64,000 nt of DNA from Alphaproteobacteria bacterium (lineage in GTDB: Bacteria > Pseudomonadota > Alphaproteobacteria > GCA-2731375): contig CBDDBZ010000034.1 of assembly GCA_965225945.1 (NCBI GenBank), forward strand, positions 160,001-224,000, given 5' to 3'. The notes below the pieces were generated by a model. The model made no database searches. It was not told the DNA's origin and saw nothing but the letters and a program-made list of their open reading frames with translations. Shown one piece after another: positions 58,834-64,000 of this stretch (positions are counted from its first letter, which is position 1; the number at the start of each line of letters is the position of its first letter). Made by a program: the position numbers and the translations under genes.

Positions 58834-59862
58834 TCAACTCTCTCCGGCGGCGTCGAGAGACCGGTTCAGCAGACCCGCGTAGCCGAACAGCGCGGGCGTG
58901 CCGCCGGTGTGGATGAACACCACCGTCTCGTCGGGCGCGATTCCCCCGGAGCGCGCCAGCGCGATCAGGCCGGCGAGGGCCTTGCCCGAATAGACCGGGT
59001 CCAGCAGCAGCCCCTCGGTCCGGGCACAGAGCCGCATCGCCTCCAGCGCATCCTCCCCGGGCTTGCCGTAGCCGAGTCCCAGCGCCATGTCCTCGACCCG
59101 GACGTCGGCCTCGCCGATCAGCCCCTCGCGCCCGATCATGGCCGCGAGCTCGCGACATCGAGCGAGCACGCGAGGGTGCTGTTCCCGCGCGACGCGACGC
59201 ACGCAGATGCCGACACAGGCGACCTCGGCGCTCCTCTCGCGAAGCCCCACCAGCGCGCCGGCATGCGTCAGGGCGCTGCCGGAGGGAACGATCACCGTGT
59301 CGACCCGGAGGCCCCTTGCCGCCGCCTGGTCCATCATTTCCAGCGCCGCGTCCCGGTAGCCCAGCGCACCGATCGGCGGATGATTGGCGCTCAGATAGAT
59401 GATGTAGGGCGACTGGCCGCGGCTTCGCAGGTCGGCCGCCAGCGTCTCCAGCGCCGCGTCCGCGCCGGCCTCGTCCTCGCCCTCGGGATAGCTGTGGATG
59501 GTGGCGCCCAGCAGCCGGTCCAGCAGCACGTTGCCGGAGGCGTGATAGCCAGGCGGCATGTCCTTCACCCGGTCTTCCAATTGCACGTGACAGGCCATGG
59601 CGAGGTGGGCGGCGGCGGCCGCCGTCATCCGCAGGAAGTTGGACTGCACGGCGCCGGTGATCAATACCGTGTGGGCGCCCGCCGCCACCGCCTCGCCGAA
59701 GTAATACTCGAGCTGGCGGGCCTTGTTGCCGCCCATGGCGAGTCCGGTACAGTCGTCGCGTTTGACATGCAGGTTCGCGAGGCCGAGCACGCGGCCGAGG
59801 TTCGCCATCGGCTCGAGCGGTGTCGGCGCGTGGGCCAGGACGACGCGGGGGAAATCGGACAC
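58834..59862 (-). CDS. D-cysteine desulfhydrase/ACC deaminase family PLP enzyme
   Basis: PTPLE, KRDDCTGLAMGGNKARQLE, GAVQSN, LLDPVYSGK, FIHTGG. Confidence 0.92.
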   Translation of the reverse strand: MSDFPRVVLAHAPTPLEPMANLGRVLGLANLHVKRDDCTGLAMGGNKARQLEYYFGEAVAAGAHTVLITGAVQSNFLRMTAAAAAHLAMACHVQLEDRVKDMPPGYHASGNVLLDRLLGATIHSYPEGEDEAGADAALETLAADLRSRGQSPYIIYLSANHPPIGALGYRDAALEMMDQAAARGLRVDTVIVPSGSALTHAGALVGLRERSAEVACVGICVRRVAREQHPRVLARCRELAAMIGREGLIGEADVRVEDMALGLGYGKPGEDALEAMRLCARTEGLLLDPVYSGKALAGLIALARSGGIAPDETVVFIHTGGTPALFGYAGLLNRSLDAAGES

Positions 59863-59887
59863 GGGCTTCGGCTCCTCGACTTCGGGT

Positions 59888-61429
59888 TCACCAATTGGGT
59901 GGCGTCCAGCGCGCCTCCTCGTCCAAGGGATAGACCGGGCGCGGCAAGCCCTTCCAATCGAAGCGCTCGAGGATCGGCGAGGTGAGCCCGGCGGTGTCGA
60001 CCTCGACCACGTGATCAGGCCCGAACCAGGGGGCGAAGCCGGCACGGAAGTGGCCGCGAGATTTGACGCAGACCACCCGGGCGAGGGCGATGTCGAGGCC
60101 GAAACTCTCGAAGAACAGCGGATCGGCGGTCTGGTGGCGGGCGCCGATCACGATCACCACGATGCCGTCGGGACCGCCCAGCTGCAGCGCCGCCGAGGGG
60201 CCGAGGCGCATTTGCCGCCCGGCGTAAATGCCCAGACGGCCGACGAAATCGCCATCGGTCAGCTTCAGGACGCGCGCCTCGGCCTCGAAGCGCTTGGAGA
60301 AGGTGGACTCGCCCGAGGAATTGAAGACGGCGCGGAAGCTCGCGCCCTCGCCTTGCTCGTGCGCCTCGGCGGCCAGTTCGGAATCGAAGAACGAGCCGTA
60401 GAGCACCCCCTTCGCCTCCGCCGCGTGCAGGGCCTGGAGCAACCAGGTGGTCCGCCCCTCCCCGCCGCCACCGGGATTGTCGCCGGCATCGGAATAGATC
60501 AGAGCGGGGGCTCGGGCGTCGCCCGCCGTCCGCACGGCCAGCGCCACCGCATCCTCGATGCTGGTGAGCTCGCGGTGGAAACGCTCCCGCATGTTCCAGC
60601 CGAATTCGGCGATCTCGCGCGCCAGCACCTGAGCTGCCCGTTCCTCCTCCCGCGCGGTGACGATGATCGAGACGCCGTTCAGGCTCGTGTCAGAGAACAC
60701 GAAGCCGCCCAAGACCGTCACGTTCAGGATCTCGCCCCCACTCTCCCGCGCCCGGCGCTGGCCGTACTGGATCATGTCGCCGTAAGGCCCCTCGGCGGTC
60801 AGCAAGGTGACGCTCGGCGGCGTCAGCGGCAGGCGGATGAAGGCCGATTTGGGCCGCATGCCGGCCATCATCAGCCGCATTGTGAAGGCCGCTTCCTCAC
60901 CGCGCTCGCGCATGTCGACATGCGGGTTGGTCAGATAGCCGATCAACACGTCGGCCGCTTCGACCATCCGCTCCGAGGTATTGGCGTGTAGGTCGAGGGT
61001 GGCGATGATCGCCGCGTCGGCGCCGGCGGCCTCGCGGATCCGCGCCATCATCTCGCCGTCGGGATCCGGCGTCGCGGTCGAGACCATGGCGCCGTGGTTG
61101 GCGAGATAGACCCCGTCGACCTCGCCCGCGGTGGCGAGCCCATCGGCGATGGTCCGATAGCAGGCTTGCAGATAGTCGTCCTCCACCGGGCCCCAGGGCG
61201 GGCTCGCCGCCAACAGCAGCGGCAGGGGCTCCCACGGGCCCGTGGCGTCCATGGCTTGCACGAAGGCGCTCATCTCCGCCGAGATCGGCGAGACGGGCTT
61301 GCGTGCCTCGGCCAGCAGCTCAGGCCCCTCGATGTGGATGGCGGCGCGAAAATCCGCACTCGTCGTCACCGGCGAGAAGGCGTTGCTCTCGAGCGCGATG
61401 CCGCAGATTGCGATACGGGGAGTCCTCAT
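59888..61429 (-). CDS. M81-family metallopeptidase (MlrC-like)
   Basis: ESNAFSP, HGAM, LDLHAN, PHVDM, DNPGGG, VKSRGHFRAGF. Confidence 0.92.
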   Translation of the reverse strand: MRTPRIAICGIALESNAFSPVTTSADFRAAIHIEGPELLAEARKPVSPISAEMSAFVQAMDATGPWEPLPLLLAASPPWGPVEDDYLQACYRTIADGLATAGEVDGVYLANHGAMVSTATPDPDGEMMARIREAAGADAAIIATLDLHANTSERMVEAADVLIGYLTNPHVDMRERGEEAAFTMRLMMAGMRPKSAFIRLPLTPPSVTLLTAEGPYGDMIQYGQRRARESGGEILNVTVLGGFVFSDTSLNGVSIIVTAREEERAAQVLAREIAEFGWNMRERFHRELTSIEDAVALAVRTAGDARAPALIYSDAGDNPGGGGEGRTTWLLQALHAAEAKGVLYGSFFDSELAAEAHEQGEGASFRAVFNSSGESTFSKRFEAEARVLKLTDGDFVGRLGIYAGRQMRLGPSAALQLGGPDGIVVIVIGARHQTADPLFFESFGLDIALARVVCVKSRGHFRAGFAPWFGPDHVVEVDTAGLTSPILERFDWKGLPRPVYPLDEEARWTPPNW

Positions 61430-62910
61430 GGGTCTCTGACCTCGCTTCGGACGACCTTGCCGGGGTTCAGCAGGTTGTCGGGATCGAGCGCGCGCTTTAT
61501 CCGCCCCATCAGCTCCATCTCGATTGCCGGCTTGTAGATCCGCGCCTCGTCGCGACGGAGGCGACCCAAGCCGTGCTCGGCGCTGATCGAACCCTCCAGT
61601 TCGGCGACGATATCGTGCACGATCCGGTTCACCTCCTCGCGCTCGGCGGCGAAGGCCGCGTCCGACCAATCCGGCGGGCGGACCGGGTTGAAATGGATGT
61701 TGCCGTCGCCGATGTGACCGAAGGTGACGCCTCGGATCCCCGGATAGCGCGCCGCCAGTTCCTGGTTGGAGCGGCGGATGAATTCCGCGATGCGGCTCAC
61801 CGGGACACCGACGTCGTGCTTGATCGAGGCGCCGCAGTGTTTCTGGGCTTCCGAGATCGACTCGCGAAGCTTCCAGAGCGCGTCGGCCCGGGCCTGCGAG
61901 GCGGCGATCGTGGCGTCGAGCACCAGGCCCGCCTCCGCCGCCTCGGCGAGCCAATCCTCGACCGCGCCCATGAGCGTGCCGGGCGCGCCTTGGCCGGCGA
62001 TTTCCGCCACCACGTACCAGTCGTGCCGGTCGGCCAGGGGATCGACGATCCCCGGCACGTGCGCCATGTCGAGGTCGATGCAGATCCGCTCCATCAGCTC
62101 GAACGAGGTCACCTGCTCTCCGAGGCCTGCGCGGGCGAGTGCCAGAAGCCGTACTGCCGCCTCGGGATCGGGCACGGCGGCGAAGGCGGTGACGCTGTCG
62201 CTCGGCTTAGCCGACAGGCACAGCACGGCGGCCGTGACGATGCCGAGGGTGCCTTCGGAGCCGATGAAGAGCTGCTTCAGGTCGTAACCCGTGTTGTCCT
62301 TGCGCAGCCCCCGAAGGCCGTTCCAGATCCGCCCGTCGGCCAACACCACCTCGACGCCCAACACCAGGTTTCGCGTATTGCCGTAGCGCAGCACCTGAAC
62401 GCCGCCGGCGTTGGTCGAGAGATTGCCGCCGATCTGGCAGGAGCCCTCGGCGCTCAGGCTCAAGGGGAACAAGCGGTCGACCTCGTCGGCGGCCCGCTGG
62501 ATGTCGGCCAGCACGCACCCCGCCTCCACCGTCATGGTGTCGTTCACCAGATCGACCTCGCGGATCCGATTCATCCGGCTGGTGGAAAGGATGATCTCGC
62601 TGCCGTCGTCGTGCGGTTGGCTGCCACCGGCGAGGCCGGTGTTGCCGCCCTGGGGCACGATGGGGGTCCGCGTCTCGGCGCAGATCCGCACCACGTCGGC
62701 CAGTTCCTCGCTCGACGCCGGGCGTACCACCATCGCCGTCCGCCCGACCCAGTTGTCGCGCCACGAGATGCAATAGGGCTCGATCTCCGCCGGATCGTCG
62801 AGGCAGCCCTTGTCGCCGACCACGTCGCGAATTCGGTCCAGCACCTCGCGCGAAACGGCGGCCCGGGCGGGCCGTTCGAGGGGAGCGTTCATCGCCTGAT
62901 CACCCGACAT
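61426..62910 (-). CDS. FAD-binding oxidoreductase (D-2-hydroxyacid dehydrogenase-like)
   Basis: PQGGNTGL, IGGNLSTNAGG, LRKDNTGYDL, GHIGDGNIH, SAEHGLG, LNPGK. Confidence 0.93.
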   Translation of the reverse strand: MSGDQAMNAPLERPARAAVSREVLDRIRDVVGDKGCLDDPAEIEPYCISWRDNWVGRTAMVVRPASSEELADVVRICAETRTPIVPQGGNTGLAGGSQPHDDGSEIILSTSRMNRIREVDLVNDTMTVEAGCVLADIQRAADEVDRLFPLSLSAEGSCQIGGNLSTNAGGVQVLRYGNTRNLVLGVEVVLADGRIWNGLRGLRKDNTGYDLKQLFIGSEGTLGIVTAAVLCLSAKPSDSVTAFAAVPDPEAAVRLLALARAGLGEQVTSFELMERICIDLDMAHVPGIVDPLADRHDWYVVAEIAGQGAPGTLMGAVEDWLAEAAEAGLVLDATIAASQARADALWKLRESISEAQKHCGASIKHDVGVPVSRIAEFIRRSNQELAARYPGIRGVTFGHIGDGNIHFNPVRPPDWSDAAFAAEREEVNRIVHDIVAELEGSISAEHGLGRLRRDEARIYKPAIEMELMGRIKRALDPDNLLNPGKVVRSEVRDP

Positions 62911-62932
62911 TGGTCATTTGAATGGCTCGAGC

Positions 62933-63069
62933 CTAGAGCAGCATCCGCCCATTGGAATCGCTTTCAGCGATCCAACTGGTGGATAAAGCTGCTCTATCTT
63001 CCTGAAGAATAGAGCAATATTCGAACGGATTGAACCGAAGCGGTTCCATCCGTTCGAATATTGCTCTAG
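62933..63069. repeat. Double-hairpin intergenic mosaic element (RIME-like)
   Basis: Starts ctagagc and ends gctctag; two tandem hairpins each bounded by tagagc...gctcta. Confidence 0.75.
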
Positions 63070-63998
63070 GGCCGGGGCCGGGCGGCGCGGCGCAGGCGAT
63101 CGTTTATCGCCCGGCCGAGACCCGTCTCGGGGATCGCCATCGCGGCGATCCGCCGGGCGCCGGAGCGGTCAAGCTCGTGCAGCATGTGGAACAGGTTGGC
63201 CGCCGCCTCGAGCACGTCGCCGGACGGGCTGAGGTTCAGGGTCAGGCGCGCGCCCTCGGGCGGCCTCGGTCCGAAGGCGAGCAGCGCCTCGTCCGCCCCC
63301 ACCTCGACCGCCGCCAGCCTGAGCGGCAGGGCGGGTGCGTAATGGCTCGCCAACTGTCCAGGCGCGCAGGGCCGGGCGGGATCGACGCCGGGGACCCGGA
63401 CGGGTCCGATCTCGCCCTCGATCTCCTCAAGCGCGACGGCGCCGGGGCGGAGCAGCGTCACGGTACCGTCCGCGATCGCCACGACCGTGCTCTCGATGCC
63501 CAGCGGCGTCGGGCCGCCGTCGATCACCATGTCGACGGAATGGCCCAGGCCATCGACGACATGCGCCGCCCGGGTCGGGCTGAGCGCGCCGGAAGGATTG
63601 GCGCTCGGCGCCACCACGGGTCCGCCGAAGGCGGCGAGCAGCGCAGCCGCCAGCGGGTGCGCCGGCACCCGGAGCGCCACGGTGTCGAGACCGGCGCGGG
63701 CCAGCGGGTCGACGGGGCACGCGGCGGCACCCGGCAGCACGAGTGTCAGCGGCCCGGGCCAGAATCGCGCCGCCAGCCGCTCGGCCAGCGAACTCTGCCG
63801 GGCCAGCGCCAAGGCGGCCTCGGTCGTCGCCAGATGGCAGATCAGGGGATTGAAGCCTGGCCGTGCCTTGGCCTCGAACACACCTGCGACGGCGGTGGCG
63901 CACGTCGCGTCGGCGCCGAGGCCATAGACCGTCTCGGTCGGAAAGGCGACCAGGCCGGCGGCGGCGAGCCGGGCCGCCGCCTCGGGAATTGCCCTCGG
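63066..63998 (-). CDS. tsaC: L-threonylcarbamoyladenylate synthase (Sua5/TsaC), 5' end truncated by window edge
   Basis: VAFPTETVYGLGAD, KARP.FNPLI.H, FWPGPLTLVL, APSAN.SG, SHYAP, AINDRL.RAA. Confidence 0.95.
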   Translation of the reverse strand, partial: PRAIPEAAARLAAAGLVAFPTETVYGLGADATCATAVAGVFEAKARPGFNPLICHLATTEAALALARQSSLAERLAARFWPGPLTLVLPGAAACPVDPLARAGLDTVALRVPAHPLAAALLAAFGGPVVAPSANPSGALSPTRAAHVVDGLGHSVDMVIDGGPTPLGIESTVVAIADGTVTLLRPGAVALEEIEGEIGPVRVPGVDPARPCAPGQLASHYAPALPLRLAAVEVGADEALLAFGPRPPEGARLTLNLSPSGDVLEAAANLFHMLHELDRSGARRIAAMAIPETGLGRAINDRLRRAARPRP

Positions 63999-64000
63999 AT

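Noticed and set aside
1-64000. tRNA, rRNA, prophage or defence-system genes
   Set aside because: No cloverleaf or rRNA signature and no phage or defence proteins recognised beyond the parDE pair; tRNAscan-SE and DefenseFinder would confirm

Overview
High-GC alphaproteobacterial chromosome segment, probably Rhodospirillales-like (inferred from gene content and order). A housekeeping backbone (gluQ, alkA-like glycosylase, uvrB, uvrC-pgsA-mobB-moeA-moaD-moaE, rpmB, tsaC/sua5) is mixed with many catabolic genes, a VIT/vWA substrate plus proteobacterial sortase pair, a CoxD/CoxE-like pair and a parDE-type toxin-antitoxin locus. The most unusual signals are in the mobile DNA. (1) Two near-identical copies of a two-ORF IS3-like element are each flanked by their own 14-bp target duplication; one splits a metallo-beta-lactamase-fold gene and the other is nested in a ~150-bp MITE. 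(2) An IS1595 derivative has lost its left end, which is replaced by a perfect 133-bp inverted copy of its right end, yet it is flanked by an intact 8-bp target duplication. (3) An IS4-family element is intact. (4) A decayed, duplicated parD-GNAT module with a serine-recombinase fragment brackets a dimethylformamidase-like gene. (5) Several palindromic or dispersed repeats are present. No rRNA, tRNA or CRISPR array was recognised. Several frameshifts could be sequencing or assembly errors. All family assignments come from motif recognition by eye, not database searches.
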